From positions 181,571 through 245,570 of the forward strand of contig CALKUP010000001.1 in NCBI GenBank assembly GCA_937996685.1: DNA of 64,000 nucleotides, written 5' to 3'. This DNA comes from an uncultured bacterium (GTDB lineage Bacteria; Patescibacteriota; Patescibacteriia; UBA9570; XYC2-FULL-38-9). The position numbers and the translations under genes are program-made. This document shows positions 9,113 through 19,706 of the stretch, piece after piece. The notes beneath the pieces are model-generated. The model was not told the DNA's origin. It saw nothing but the letters and a program-made list of their open reading frames with translations, and searched no databases. Positions within the stretch are counted from its first letter, which is position 1, and the number at the start of each line of letters is the position of its first letter.

Positions 9113-10195
9113 ATGAAAAAACGTATTGCATCAATTCCTGCTACACTTTTTTTACAAGACGGTCATCGTTTTACCGGACAGGGCTTCGGCTCCCAAAAAA
9201 ATACAGATGGCGAAGTCGTTTTCGCAACCGGCATGGTCGGATATCCTGAATCGTTTACTGACCCCTCCTTTGAGGGTCAAATTTTTGTTGCAACCTTTCC
9301 GTTAATGGGAAATTACGGTGTTCCTGAACATCCGTTTGAATCAGACGCGGTACATATTCGTGCTGTTGTTTGTCAGCAATATACTGAAGACTATTCACAT
9401 CCGCATGCAAAGCAGTCTTTAAGTGATTGGCTTGCAGACAACGATATTCCTGGTATTTCCGGCATTGATACACGGGCACTCACTCAGCATTTGCGCGAAA
9501 CAGGAAACCAAGTTGGTGTGATTGTGTTTGGAAACAATCCAAAAAAACCAGACTTTAAGAAGATTGTTGATCCGAATACGTTGAATTTGGTTGATGTGGT
9601 TTCTCCAAAAGAGGTGCAAGAATACAATATGCAAAACGCAGAAACCAAAATCCTATTGGTTGATTGCGGAATGAAAAATAATATTTTGCAAGAATTTTTG
9701 AAGCGTGACGTTGGCGTGAAACGTGTGCCGTGGAATTATGATTACCGGGCAGAGCTGAAAGATTTTGATGGATTGTTTGTGAGTAACGGTCCTGGAGATC
9801 CAGCGACACTCACTGAAACAGTTGGGTATTTGCGGGATGCAATGAAAACAGGATTGCCAATTTTCGGAATTTGTCTCGGCAGTCAGTTAATGGGTCTCGC
9901 GTCAGGAGCAAAAACATATAAATTAAAATACGGTCATCGCAGCCAAAATCAACCATGTATCGATACAACAACTGGTCGATGTTATCTCACAACTCAAAAT
10001 CATGGATTTGCAGTTGATGAAAAAACCTTGAAAAAAGATTGGAATGTCTGGTTTTATAATGCGAATGATGGCAGTGTGGAAGGTATTTACCACAAAACAA
10101 AACCGTTTATTTCTGTGCAATTTCATCCAGAAAGCACACCGGGTCCAGAAGACACAACATTTTTGTTTGATGAATTTTTGAAACGTATTCGATAA
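9113..10195 (+). CDS. carA: Carbamoyl-phosphate synthase small subunit
   Basis: GEVVF.TGMVGYPES.TDPS, IDTRALT, SNGPGDP, GICLG, GHRSQNQP, QNHGFAV, VQFHPE; start moved to ATG 9113. Confidence 0.96.
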   Translation: MKKRIASIPATLFLQDGHRFTGQGFGSQKNTDGEVVFATGMVGYPESFTDPSFEGQIFVATFPLMGNYGVPEHPFESDAVHIRAVVCQQYTEDYSHPHAKQSLSDWLADNDIPGISGIDTRALTQHLRETGNQVGVIVFGNNPKKPDFKKIVDPNTLNLVDVVSPKEVQEYNMQNAETKILLVDCGMKNNILQEFLKRDVGVKRVPWNYDYRAELKDFDGLFVSNGPGDPATLTETVGYLRDAMKTGLPIFGICLGSQLMGLASGAKTYKLKYGHRSQNQPCIDTTTGRCYLTTQNHGFAVDEKTLKKDWNVWFYNANDGSVEGIYHKTKPFISVQFHPESTPGPEDTTFLFDEFLKRIR

Positions 10196-10201
10196 TCGCC
10201 T

Positions 10202-13200
10202 ATGACCATCCCAAAAAAATTTCAAGGACAACGCACAATGAAAAAGGGGCAAAAAGCCTTGATCCTCGGTTCTGGGGGGTTAAAAATTGGACAAGCCGGC
10301 GAGTTTGATTATTCTGGCTCACAATGTATTAAGGCATTGAAAGAAGAGGGAATTGCGACAGTACTCGTCAATCCGAATATCGCGACAGTGCAAACGAATG
10401 ATGACATGGCAGACCGTGTCTATTTTTTGCCACTGACTGTCGACGTTGTCACTGAGGTGATTGAAAAAGAAAAACCAGATGTATTGTTGCTGTCTTTTGG
10501 TGGGCAAACAGCGTTGAATTTAGGACTTGCCTTAGAGGATGCGGGCGTTTTGAAAAAACATAAAGTGAAAATTCTGGGCACACCAACGTCAGCGATTCGA
10601 ATGACGGAAGATCGTGATTTGTTTGCGCAAGAGCTGCGAAAAATCGGTGTTGATGTCGCGGAAAGTTATGCTGTCACGAACATTGAAGATGGAAAAAAAG
10701 CCGCAAAAAAATTAGGGTATCCGGTGATGATTCGAGCGGCATTTGCACTTGGCGGGAAAGGATCGGGTCGTGTGAATTCAGAGCCGGAGCTCATTACAAT
10801 GTTGCAAGAAGGTTTTGCAAATGTGCCGCAAATTTTGGTTGAAGAATATTTGAAAGGTTGGAAAGAAATTGAATACGAAGTTGTGCGAGATGCGGCGGAC
10901 AATTGCGTGACAGTGTGTAACATGGAAAATTTTGACGCAATGGGCGTCCACACTGGCGAGAGTATTGTGATCGCACCATCGCAAACATTGTCGAACCGCG
11001 AATATCAAATGTTGCGCACGGTCGCGCAAAAAGTGGTGCGTCATTTAGGTGTCGTTGGTGAATGTAACATTCAATATGCTCTCAATGCAGTAACTGGTGA
11101 ATATCGCGTGATTGAAGTGAACGCCCGTTTGTCTCGCTCTTCTGCACTTGCCAGTAAAGCAACAGGCTATCCGCTCGCGTGGGTTGCGGCAAAAATCGGT
11201 CTTGGCTATACATTGCCAGAAATCAAAAACGCCATGACTGGCGTGACATCCGCAGCGTTTGAACCAGCGCTTGATTACGTGGTGATTAAAATGCCACGCT
11301 GGGATTTGCAAAAATTTAAAGCCAGTAGTCGTCGGATTGGAACAGAAATGAAATCCGTCGGGGAAGTGATGGCAATTGGCCGAACCTTTGAAGAAGCACT
11401 GCAAAAAGCGATTCGCAGTATTAGTATTGGCGCAGACGGCCTCACAAGTCATCCACATGAGATTGATCGTCCATTTGATGAAATTGAATTTCCAACTGAT
11501 CGACGGCTGTATGCGATTGCAGACGCGCTGCTCGCAGGCACAGATGTTGCGAAAATCAACAAGTTGTCAGATATCGATCCGTGGTTTTTGAATGGTTTGA
11601 AACGGATTGTTGATGTGCACAAACAGCTCAAGAGCGCAAAAGTGCTGACGCCTGAATTACTCAAAACAGCCAAGCAGCACGGTTTTTCAGATAAACAGAT
11701 CGGTGGATTTTTCAAACAATCTGCAGATGACATTCGAGCGCTTCGAAAAAAGAAAGGCATTGTGCCAGTTGTGAAGCGGATTGATACACTCGCTGGTGAG
11801 TTCCCGGCGCAAAGTAACTATTTGTACATGACCTATCATGGCACAGAGAATGATGTTGTTGCAGGTTCAAAAGATGCGGTCATGGTTCTTGGTGGGGGAA
11901 GTTATCGCATCGGTTCATCAGTCGAGTTTGATTGGTGTTCTGTTGAAGCGATTAAAGCGATCCAAAGCAAAAAACGCCAAGCGATTATGGTCAACTGTAA
12001 TCCAGAGACAGTATCAACGGATTATGATATGTGTGACCGATTGTATTTTGAGGAACTGACACTTGAGCGCGTGCTTGATATTCATGATGTTGAAAAACCA
12101 GCTGGTGTGATTGTTTCAATGGGTGGGCAAATTCCAAACAACCTTGCGATGCCATTGATGGAACGCAAAGTGAAAATTTTGGGAACAGATCCGCACAACA
12201 TTGATCGAGCGGAAGATCGCAAAAAATTCTCACAATTACTTGATCGATTAAATGTCGTGCAACCGGAATGGAAAGAACTTGCCGCACTGTCTGACGCAAA
12301 AGCCTTCGCAAAACGGGTTGGGTATCCGGTCTTGATTCGTCCGTCATATGTATTGTCTGGTGCTGCAATGAACATTGCGCATAACGAAGATGCGCTCACG
12401 CAATTTTTGAAAGAAGCGGCTGATGTCTCAAAAGAGCATCCAGTCGTGATTACAAAATTCATGGAAGATGCGCGTGAAATCGAAATTGATGGTGTTGCGC
12501 AAAATGGTGAATTGGTGATTTACGCGCTGACAGAACACGTTGAAAATGCTGGTGTACATTCTGGTGATGCGACTATTGCAACTCCGCCACAAAAATCATA
12601 TCTCGAAACTGTCCGTCGAATGAAACATGTGACGCGAGAAATTATCGCGCAATTAGAAATCACCGGTCCATTCAATATTCAATTTCTTGCAAAACGCAAT
12701 GAAATTTCGGTGATTGAGTTGAATTTGCGCGCTAGTCGCAGTATGCCATTTGTGAGTAAAGCGACGAAGTATCCGATGATTCAAATGGCGACTCGAGCCA
12801 TGCTCGGAGATGACATCCATGGCAATTACAATACACTCGATGTGGATTATGTTGTTGTGAAAGCACCACAGTTTTCGTATTCTCGTATTAAAGGTGCAGA
12901 TCCAGTGCTGTATGTGGAAATGGGTTCAACTGGTGAGGTTGCAACATTCGGTCGGTATTATCGTGAGGCAGTGCTCAAGTCATTGCTCGCGGCAGATTTC
13001 CGGATTCCAAAAAAGAATGTCTTGCTGTCGATTGGTGGCGATAAAGCCAAACAAGAGCTCGCGCCGTATATTAAAAAGCTTCACAAAATGGGCTTGCATC
13101 TCTATGCGACAAAACATACCGCGCAATTTATTCGCTATGATTTAGGGTTGCCAGTCACTGAAGTTGCGAAAATGTCTGAGCGCGCAACAGATAATACATT

Positions 13201-13438
13201 GTCATTGATTCAAGATGGCGGCGTGGATTGTATCTTCAATATTCCGACGATTGATCCATCAACAGATGATTTGAGTAACGGCTTTTTGATGCGTCGCGCG
13301 GCGATTGATCATAACGTGCAATTGATTGCCAATATGCAATTGACCAAGACGGTGATTATGGCGCTGTATGATTTATATACCGGGGAGTACACATTAGAAG
13401 TGAAAGCCTGGGATGAATACGTGCGGCCAACTAAATAA
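10202..13438 (+). CDS. carB: Carbamoyl-phosphate synthase large subunit
   Basis: GQAGEFDYSG, EVNARLSRSSALASKATGYP, duplicated ATP-grasp halves, C-terminal MGS-like domain. Confidence 0.97.
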   Translation: MTIPKKFQGQRTMKKGQKALILGSGGLKIGQAGEFDYSGSQCIKALKEEGIATVLVNPNIATVQTNDDMADRVYFLPLTVDVVTEVIEKEKPDVLLLSFGGQTALNLGLALEDAGVLKKHKVKILGTPTSAIRMTEDRDLFAQELRKIGVDVAESYAVTNIEDGKKAAKKLGYPVMIRAAFALGGKGSGRVNSEPELITMLQEGFANVPQILVEEYLKGWKEIEYEVVRDAADNCVTVCNMENFDAMGVHTGESIVIAPSQTLSNREYQMLRTVAQKVVRHLGVVGECNIQYALNAVTGEYRVIEVNARLSRSSALASKATGYPLAWVAAKIGLGYTLPEIKNAMTGVTSAAFEPALDYVVIKMPRWDLQKFKASSRRIGTEMKSVGEVMAIGRTFEEALQKAIRSISIGADGLTSHPHEIDRPFDEIEFPTDRRLYAIADALLAGTDVAKINKLSDIDPWFLNGLKRIVDVHKQLKSAKVLTPELLKTAKQHGFSDKQIGGFFKQSADDIRALRKKKGIVPVVKRIDTLAGEFPAQSNYLYMTYHGTENDVVAGSKDAVMVLGGGSYRIGSSVEFDWCSVEAIKAIQSKKRQAIMVNCNPETVSTDYDMCDRLYFEELTLERVLDIHDVEKPAGVIVSMGGQIPNNLAMPLMERKVKILGTDPHNIDRAEDRKKFSQLLDRLNVVQPEWKELAALSDAKAFAKRVGYPVLIRPSYVLSGAAMNIAHNEDALTQFLKEAADVSKEHPVVITKFMEDAREIEIDGVAQNGELVIYALTEHVENAGVHSGDATIATPPQKSYLETVRRMKHVTREIIAQLEITGPFNIQFLAKRNEISVIELNLRASRSMPFVSKATKYPMIQMATRAMLGDDIHGNYNTLDVDYVVVKAPQFSYSRIKGADPVLYVEMGSTGEVATFGRYYREAVLKSLLAADFRIPKKNVLLSIGGDKAKQELAPYIKKLHKMGLHLYATKHTAQFIRYDLGLPVTEVAKMSERATDNTLSLIQDGGVDCIFNIPTIDPSTDDLSNGFLMRRAAIDHNVQLIANMQLTKTVIMALYDLYTGEYTLEVKAWDEYVRPTK

Positions 13439-13450
13439 TATCTGAATACT

Positions 13451-14368
13451 ATGAATACACGCAGTCTTATTTCAATCACAGATTTGGACCGCTCTGGCAT
13501 TGAAGCGATTTTGAACGACGCTGCGCTGTTCGCTGAAAAGGGTATTCCGTTTGAATTTTCAGACCGCGCAATGATTGTGGCGAGTCTCTTTTTCGAAGCG
13601 TCCACTCGCACTCGGCTTTCATTTGAAACAGCGGCGAATCGTTTAGGTGCGCGGGTTGTTGGTTTTGATAGCCCTGAAAATACATCATTTTCCCAAAAAG
13701 GAGAAAGTCTTGAAGATACTATTCGGATGATTGATGCGTATGCTGATCTGATTGTGATCCGTCACCCAGAGACAAGCGCTCTGCAAATCGCGGCTGATAT
13801 TGCAACGCATCCAGTGATCAATGCTGGGAATGGAGCAGGCGAGCATCCAACACAGACATTGATTGATTTGTATACAATCAAACAATTATTTGGAAAGATT
13901 GATGGTTTAACTGTTGCGATCGTTGGTGATTTACAGTTTGGTCGTGTCCCGCACTCGCTTGCGCAAGCGTTGACTGTGTTTGATGATGTGAAACAAATTT
14001 GGGTTGCGCCGTCACAGTTGCCAATGCCGGAACATGTGCGAACTGCAGTTGAAGCAACGGGCGCGCATATTGAAATGACAACAGACATTCAACATGCACT
14101 CAACACTGCTGATGTGGTCTATATGACACGCGTCCAAAAAGAGCGGTTTGAAGATAGTGCTGAATATGAGGCGTTGAAAGATGCCTATATTTTGACACCA
14201 GAATTATTGGCAACCGCAAAACCGACAATGAAAATTTTGCATGCACTGCCGCGGCTTTATGAATTACCGACAGCCGTTGACGCGACGCCACATGCGGCGT
14301 ATTTCGAGCAAGCGGCGAATGCAGTTGTTGTCCGAGCGGCGTTGATGCGCTCTATCCTTAATGCGTAA
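13451..14368 (+). CDS. pyrB: Aspartate carbamoyltransferase catalytic subunit
   Basis: FFEASTRTRLSFE, KGESLEDT, INAGNG..EHPTQ, YMTRVQKER, HALPR. Confidence 0.96.
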   Translation: MNTRSLISITDLDRSGIEAILNDAALFAEKGIPFEFSDRAMIVASLFFEASTRTRLSFETAANRLGARVVGFDSPENTSFSQKGESLEDTIRMIDAYADLIVIRHPETSALQIAADIATHPVINAGNGAGEHPTQTLIDLYTIKQLFGKIDGLTVAIVGDLQFGRVPHSLAQALTVFDDVKQIWVAPSQLPMPEHVRTAVEATGAHIEMTTDIQHALNTADVVYMTRVQKERFEDSAEYEALKDAYILTPELLATAKPTMKILHALPRLYELPTAVDATPHAAYFEQAANAVVVRAALMRSILNA

Positions 14369-15503
14369 TACTATGATGACTATTCCTGGAGTGATTGATG
14401 TGCACGTTCATTTTCGTGTACCTGGCGGGGAACACAAAGAAGATTGGAGTCACGGAACGCAAGCGGCATATGCGGGCGGAGTGGTGTATGTGTGCGACAT
14501 GCCGAACACAACACCGGCGATTACGACAGCGGCTGGTGTGCGAGATAAGGCGATGGAAATTGATCGCACCGCACCACATGCAATTGCGCATGGTTTATAT
14601 ATTGGAGCAACAGAAGATAATTTGGAAGAAATTCAAGCGGCTGATCGTGATGGTTTGATTTGTGGTGTGAAGGTCTATTTTGGAACATCGACGGGGCATC
14701 TGACAATGAATAGTCTGCCGGCGCTGCGTGCTCTGATGGAGGCGCGTCTTGGTGTGCCGATTGTGATTCACGCAGAAGATGATGCAGTGATCGCAGCTGC
14801 TCGAGCGGCGTATGAAGCAGAGCATGGAGCAATTACTGATATTGCAGCGCACAGTGATATCCGCTCACGCGATGCGGCGGTCAGTGCTCTGGAAACGATT
14901 CTTGCCTTGGTGAAAGAAACAGCCGCGACCAATGTGCATATTACCCATATTTCAACAGCGCAGGAGGTCGAGTTGATTCGCGCTGCAAAGCAGGCGGGTC
15001 TATCAGTGACATGTGATGTCACGCCACATCATTTGACGTTTACTGTTGCTGATTATGCGCAACACGGCACACGGATTCGATGTAACCCACCAATTCGTGA
15101 ACAAGCAGACGTTGATGCACTGTGGGAAGGATTGCGTGATGGAACAATTGATATTGTCGCATCCGATCACGCGCCGCACACACTCGAAGAAAAAGCCGCA
15201 ACCGAGTATGACGCGATTCCATCTGGTGTTCCTGGTGTGCAAACCTTGCTTCCTGTGTTAGTTGATGGAGTATTGAGTGACAAATTATCGTGGGAGAAAT
15301 TGGTTGCAGTGACAAGCACGAACCCAAGTCAACGTTTTCAGATTCCGGTGCGCGGAGAAGTGGTGATTGATACAGAGGCTGTAACGCAGATTCAAGACAG
15401 CGACCAACAATCACTGTGTGGTTGGACGCCGCTGTCTGGCATGACGCTGCGTGGTGCGATTATTTCAACATCGATTGATGGTGCGTTGTATTATCAGGTC
15501 TAG
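14361..15503 (+). CDS. pyrC: Dihydroorotase
   Basis: DVHVHFR.PG, DMPNT, HAED, HIST, NPPIR, ASDHAPH, PSGVPG; operon context. Confidence 0.92.
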   Translation: MRNTMMTIPGVIDVHVHFRVPGGEHKEDWSHGTQAAYAGGVVYVCDMPNTTPAITTAAGVRDKAMEIDRTAPHAIAHGLYIGATEDNLEEIQAADRDGLICGVKVYFGTSTGHLTMNSLPALRALMEARLGVPIVIHAEDDAVIAAARAAYEAEHGAITDIAAHSDIRSRDAAVSALETILALVKETAATNVHITHISTAQEVELIRAAKQAGLSVTCDVTPHHLTFTVADYAQHGTRIRCNPPIREQADVDALWEGLRDGTIDIVASDHAPHTLEEKAATEYDAIPSGVPGVQTLLPVLVDGVLSDKLSWEKLVAVTSTNPSQRFQIPVRGEVVIDTEAVTQIQDSDQQSLCGWTPLSGMTLRGAIISTSIDGALYYQV

Positions 15504-15554
15504 CGTTGATTTACTGCTGAAAAAGCGGTAGTATTTGTAATAATAACATCGTGT

Positions 15555-16661
15555 ATGTATAAACTGCTTTTCCCACTCTTACAACAAATTGACCCAGAAG
15601 TGCTGCATAACGGTGCGCGTGATCTTGCGCGGATTGCCGGCAAAACGCCACTCAAAGGTCTTGTGTCAGCGTTGTATCGCTTCGAAGATGAGCGCTTGCG
15701 GCAAGAATATTTTGGGCTGACATTTCAAAACCCTGTTGGTCTAGCGGCTGGCTTTGATAAATATGGTGCATTTATTGATATTGTGCCAAGTCTCGGATTT
15801 GGGTTCATGGAGCTTGGGAGTATTTCCGCGCAACCACGTCTTGGCAATCCGCAGCCGCGTTTGTTTCGATTACCAAAAGATCACGCCATTATTAATCGTA
15901 TGGGCTTGAATAACGACGGTGCTGAAGCAACGAAGAACATGTTGCTCAAACGCGCAGGTGATCGACCAGTGCCACTGGGTATTAGTATTGTCAAAACTCA
16001 TGACCCAAACATTTTGGGGGATGCGGCGGTGGCAGATTTTGTAAAATCATATACGCAACTCGCGCCGCTGGCTGACTACCTTGCATTGAATATTAGTTGC
16101 CCAAATACTTTGGAAGGCAAAACGTTTGAAGATCCACAAGCACTTGAGCAATTATTGCAGGGTATTGCGACAGCAAAAGAACAATTACAAGCAGAGCATC
16201 AACATGTTCCGCCGCTTTTTGTGAAAATATCACCAGATCGGACAGATAGTGAGCTCGTGCATTTGATTGAAGTTTGCAAACGGTTTGCGGTTGATGGATA
16301 TATTTTAACAAACACCACGACAACACGAGATAATCTGCAAACACCGCAAGTGAAATTGCATGAGATCGGGATGGGAGGATTATCTGGCGCGCCGTTATTT
16401 GAGCGTTCATTGCGCATGATTCAAATGGTGCGAACTATTGCGCCGTCTGCCTTTATTGTTGGAGTGGGTGGTGTGCAATCAGCGGCAGATGCCTATGCGA
16501 TGATTTGTGCTGGTGCATCATTGATTCAAATCTATACAGGTTTGATTTATCATGGCCCGGCACTTGTGAAACAGATTAATCAAGGAGTCTTGCGTCATTT
16601 AGAAAGCGATGGTTTTGCAACGCTTTCTGATGCAATTGGTTCAAAAAAAATGCACGCATAA
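15555..16661 (+). CDS. pyrD: Dihydroorotate dehydrogenase, class 2 (quinone type)
   Basis: DPEVLH N-terminus, NPVGLAAGFDK, GNPQPRLFRL, NRMGLNN, NISCPNT, KISPD, GGLSG. Confidence 0.95.
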   Translation: MYKLLFPLLQQIDPEVLHNGARDLARIAGKTPLKGLVSALYRFEDERLRQEYFGLTFQNPVGLAAGFDKYGAFIDIVPSLGFGFMELGSISAQPRLGNPQPRLFRLPKDHAIINRMGLNNDGAEATKNMLLKRAGDRPVPLGISIVKTHDPNILGDAAVADFVKSYTQLAPLADYLALNISCPNTLEGKTFEDPQALEQLLQGIATAKEQLQAEHQHVPPLFVKISPDRTDSELVHLIEVCKRFAVDGYILTNTTTTRDNLQTPQVKLHEIGMGGLSGAPLFERSLRMIQMVRTIAPSAFIVGVGGVQSAADAYAMICAGASLIQIYTGLIYHGPALVKQINQGVLRHLESDGFATLSDAIGSKKMHA

Positions 16662-16666
16662 CGATT

Positions 16667-17488
16667 ATGATGACAACACTTTCATTTCAAGAAAAAACCC
16701 AGAAACAATGGGACGCCGGAAAATTTTTGTGCGTTGGTTTGGATATGCACGAGTATCTATTAAAAGATATTGCCGGAGATACAGTGTCCGAGCGGATGGT
16801 GCAATTTGCCGAAAAGGTGATTGCAGAAACGTCTGCGGTTGCACATTCATATAAAATCAATACAGCATTTTTTGAGGCGTATGGAAGCGAAGGGATTCGC
16901 GCGTTAGAGCGTGTGTGTGAACGCGTGCGTGCGCTTGCTCCGGATTGCCCGATTATTCTTGATGCAAAGCGTGGTGATATCGGCTCTACCAACGATGGGT
17001 ATGTACGATTTGCTTTTACGGTGTGTGGCGCAGACGCGATTACAGTGCATCCATATATGGGACAAGAATCGCTCACCCCATTTTTAGATCAAACAGACAA
17101 AGGTGTGATTGTCTTGTGTCGCACATCGAACCCGGGTGCGGCGGAATTTCAAAACCAAGCTGTTGGAGATGACGGACAGTCATTGTATTTGGAAGTTGCA
17201 ACTCGTGTGGCTGAGGGGTGGAATGCGAATAATAATTGTTGGCTCGTGGTTGGAGCGACAGTTCCGCAGGAGTGTGCGCAGATTCGAAAAGCCTGTCCAG
17301 ATATTCCGTTCCTGATTCCAGGAGTTGGCGCGCAAGGTGGAGATCTTGAGGCGACAGTCAAAGCGGCTCGTTGTGCGGATGGCGCTGGTTTTGTGATTTC
17401 AGTTTCACGTGCCATTTTGGAAGCACCTGATATGCGCGCGATCGCAGAAGACTATAACGCACAGATTCAAACAATTTTACATCAATAA
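16667..17488 (+). CDS. pyrF: Orotidine-5'-phosphate decarboxylase (subfamily 2)
   Basis: LCVGLD, LDAKRGDIGST, RTSNPG, VVGAT, LIPGVGAQGG. Confidence 0.95.
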   Translation: MMTTLSFQEKTQKQWDAGKFLCVGLDMHEYLLKDIAGDTVSERMVQFAEKVIAETSAVAHSYKINTAFFEAYGSEGIRALERVCERVRALAPDCPIILDAKRGDIGSTNDGYVRFAFTVCGADAITVHPYMGQESLTPFLDQTDKGVIVLCRTSNPGAAEFQNQAVGDDGQSLYLEVATRVAEGWNANNNCWLVVGATVPQECAQIRKACPDIPFLIPGVGAQGGDLEATVKAARCADGAGFVISVSRAILEAPDMRAIAEDYNAQIQTILHQ

Positions 17489-17497
17489 TATTTTTTT

Positions 17498-18142
17498 ATG
17501 ACAACACAAGAACGTATCGCAGAAATTTTACTCAACGTCGGCGCTGTAACATTAAATGTTGCCGAGCCATTTACCTATAGCTCTGGAATGCGGAGTCCAA
17601 TTTATTGTGATAACCGTTTGTTGATTTCACACCCACAAGAGCGGCAAGAGGTGATTCAAGCATTTTTGGAAGTATTAGAAAAAGAAGGCGTTGATGCAGA
17701 TGTAATTGCTGGAACAGCAACTGCTGGAATTCCACACGCAGCGTGGATTGCGCAAGCGCTTGATAAGCCAATGATTTATATTCGGGATAAAGCCAAGGGG
17801 CATGGAAAAGGAAATCAAATTGAAGGCTTGGTCAGTGAAGGGGCGAGTGCGGTGATTATTGAGGATTTGATTAGTACTGGTGGGAGTAGTATTCGAGCAG
17901 CGATTGCAGCGCGTGAAGCTGGTTTTATTGTGAGCGATATCGTGGCAATTTTTACGTATGAATTTGAAGCAGGATTGCGTGCGTTCGCAGATGAGCATGT
18001 GCGCGTTCACACGTTGTCGAATTTTTCAACCTTGATTCATGTAGCAAAAGCCAAAGGCGCGCTCACAGACGAAGAGGTCGAAAAAGCGCTGGAATGGAAC
18101 GCGGATCCAGCTGGTTGGGGGAAAAAGATGGGATTGAAATAA
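17498..18142 (+). CDS. pyrE: Orotate phosphoribosyltransferase
   Basis: SGMRSPIYCDNR, GTATAGIPHA, KGHG, IEDLISTGGS. Confidence 0.96.
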   Translation: MTTQERIAEILLNVGAVTLNVAEPFTYSSGMRSPIYCDNRLLISHPQERQEVIQAFLEVLEKEGVDADVIAGTATAGIPHAAWIAQALDKPMIYIRDKAKGHGKGNQIEGLVSEGASAVIIEDLISTGGSSIRAAIAAREAGFIVSDIVAIFTYEFEAGLRAFADEHVRVHTLSNFSTLIHVAKAKGALTDEEVEKALEWNADPAGWGKKMGLK

Positions 18143-18160
18143 ACCCATTCGATCCAATCG

Positions 18161-18613
18161 TTACGCAATCAAATCGCTGAATTTCATGACGCGGGTTTGC
18201 TGTGTGTCAGCATCGATTGTAATGATCCATACAATGTGAGGGTGTTTAAAGCCAGTTTGAAAAAAATCAACACATTCGTCACACATTTTGACAAGGCCGT
18301 CGTAGTCACGGTCTGGTCGCATATTTGATAACACAAGAACAGCGACAATATCTTCAAAGGTTCCGTCTGACAGAGCAGCGAGCGCGGCAACCCGTTCTGC
18401 GCAGTAGCGGTGTGGGGTTTCTCCTGGAATGAGTTTCCAGTTTGCGCCTTTATAGAGGTGAGTGCCTCCTGTTTCTGATTGAGTTAACACAGCAGCTCCG
18501 ACCTGACGAGAAGCGTGTTGGGCAAATTGTCGTGCACTGGTTGCAACGGCAAGCATATCAGCGACGTGGGCTTGAATTTGCTCTGGGAGTTGTTGTAATG
18601 CAGTGTTGTCCAT
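18161..18613 (-). CDS. Cytidine deaminase-like protein
   Basis: VGAAVL, GAN, CAE and C-x2-C (MCDEC) zinc motifs of the homotetrameric Cdd fold. Confidence 0.7.
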   Translation of the reverse strand: MDNTALQQLPEQIQAHVADMLAVATSARQFAQHASRQVGAAVLTQSETGGTHLYKGANWKLIPGETPHRYCAERVAALAALSDGTFEDIVAVLVLSNMRPDRDYDGLVKMCDECVDFFQTGFKHPHIVWIITIDADTQQTRVMKFSDLIA

Positions 18614-18756
18614 ATGAAATTTGCAATTGTGTTGATTATACGCAGTTTTTTGCTCGCGTCAATATATTGAATAGAAAAAGGGGCAAATACTACAAAGGCA
18701 CCGATGATTTTCGATGTTTGAAGTATCTACCATGAGCGAGCATCGATGCGGTGATG

Positions 18757-19452
18757 TCAGTCCGACAGCACTTTGTCGATTACCTGCTCAACCCGCTTGA
18801 GACTTGAGGCAACCTGAATGCGGTCGATGTCAGCACGGTCAACCGTGCCGAGCCAGGCCATGACTCGCAAGAGCCATGTGACCGGATACCACATCCGGCC
18901 GACCAGGATGATCGGCTTGTCACGATGCCCATTTACCGCCTGCACATGCTGCAGGAAGTAGGCGACTTCGAGCAAGCTGCCGATGCCGCCCCCCAAGACC
19001 ACGAACGCTGCGCAGAGCTGGAGCATCAGCTCCAGGCGCGAGCCGAAGTCGGGTGCGTGCAGGGTCTCGTCCAGGTGTGGATTCGCGGGCTCGTGAAAGC
19101 CCAGGCAGGTGATCCGGATTCCGACAGACTTCTGCGCCGCTGCATCCCGTCGATTGTTGCAAAATGCTTCCTGGGCAAGGTCGACCATGCCTGGACAACC
19201 GCCGCTAAGCATTGATACCTGACGGCGCGCCAAGAGCTTTCCAAGTGCCTTGGCAAATACGTCACCGTAGAGCCAGTGGAGCCACGGCGCCTTGTCGGAA
19301 TCGCGGGCGCTGCCGAACACGCCGATGAACGGCGCGGCATTTTGCGCCAGCTCACGCGCCAGCGCCTTGGTGGCAGCCGCAAACTCGCCCGCCTCCCGTT
19401 CCCAGCGGACAGAGGAGGTTTCGAGAGCAGGAACGGTGTTGAGGTCGGACAT
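18757..19452 (-). CDS. LOG/SLOG-family nucleotide phosphoribohydrolase-like protein (GC-rich)
   Basis: VFGSAR, SGGCPG, EPANP, FGSRLELM, VLGGGIGSLLEV, PIILVG. Confidence 0.8.
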   Translation of the reverse strand: MSDLNTVPALETSSVRWEREAGEFAAATKALARELAQNAAPFIGVFGSARDSDKAPWLHWLYGDVFAKALGKLLARRQVSMLSGGCPGMVDLAQEAFCNNRRDAAAQKSVGIRITCLGFHEPANPHLDETLHAPDFGSRLELMLQLCAAFVVLGGGIGSLLEVAYFLQHVQAVNGHRDKPIILVGRMWYPVTWLLRVMAWLGTVDRADIDRIQVASSLKRVEQVIDKVLSD

Positions 19453-19562
19453 GGTGTCTCTCCATCTCTGCTTTACTGAAAGCAGTTCTTGTTGTTGATG
19501 ATCACGCTTTCGATATCTCTATCTCAGCGCTTTTTTATCCCTGAATTCAGTATTTCAGGTGC

Positions 19563-19586
19563 AAAAAAGCCGCTGAGAAAGCGGCT
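19563..19586 (-). terminator. Terminator inside the 5' leader of the LOG gene
   Basis: Minus strand AGCCGC-TTTCTCA-GCGGCT-TTTTT. Confidence 0.65.
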
Positions 19587-19665
19587 AAGGTGTTGGTTTT
19601 TGGGGACGTTTCACCCCAGTTGCATCGACAGTCTGTTTTTGGGTGTGATATGTAGGATTGTTCAT
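19585..19665 (-). CDS. Putative leader peptide MNNPTYHTQKQTVDATGVKRPQKPTP (26 aa)
   Basis: Short ORF after a minus-strand promoter; its stop codon overlaps the terminator 5' arm. Confidence 0.4.
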   Translation of the reverse strand: MNNPTYHTQKQTVDATGVKRPQKPTP

Positions 19666-19706
19666 TTTTCGCAATGATTAGCAAAATGCTAGATGAAACC
19701 GGAAGA

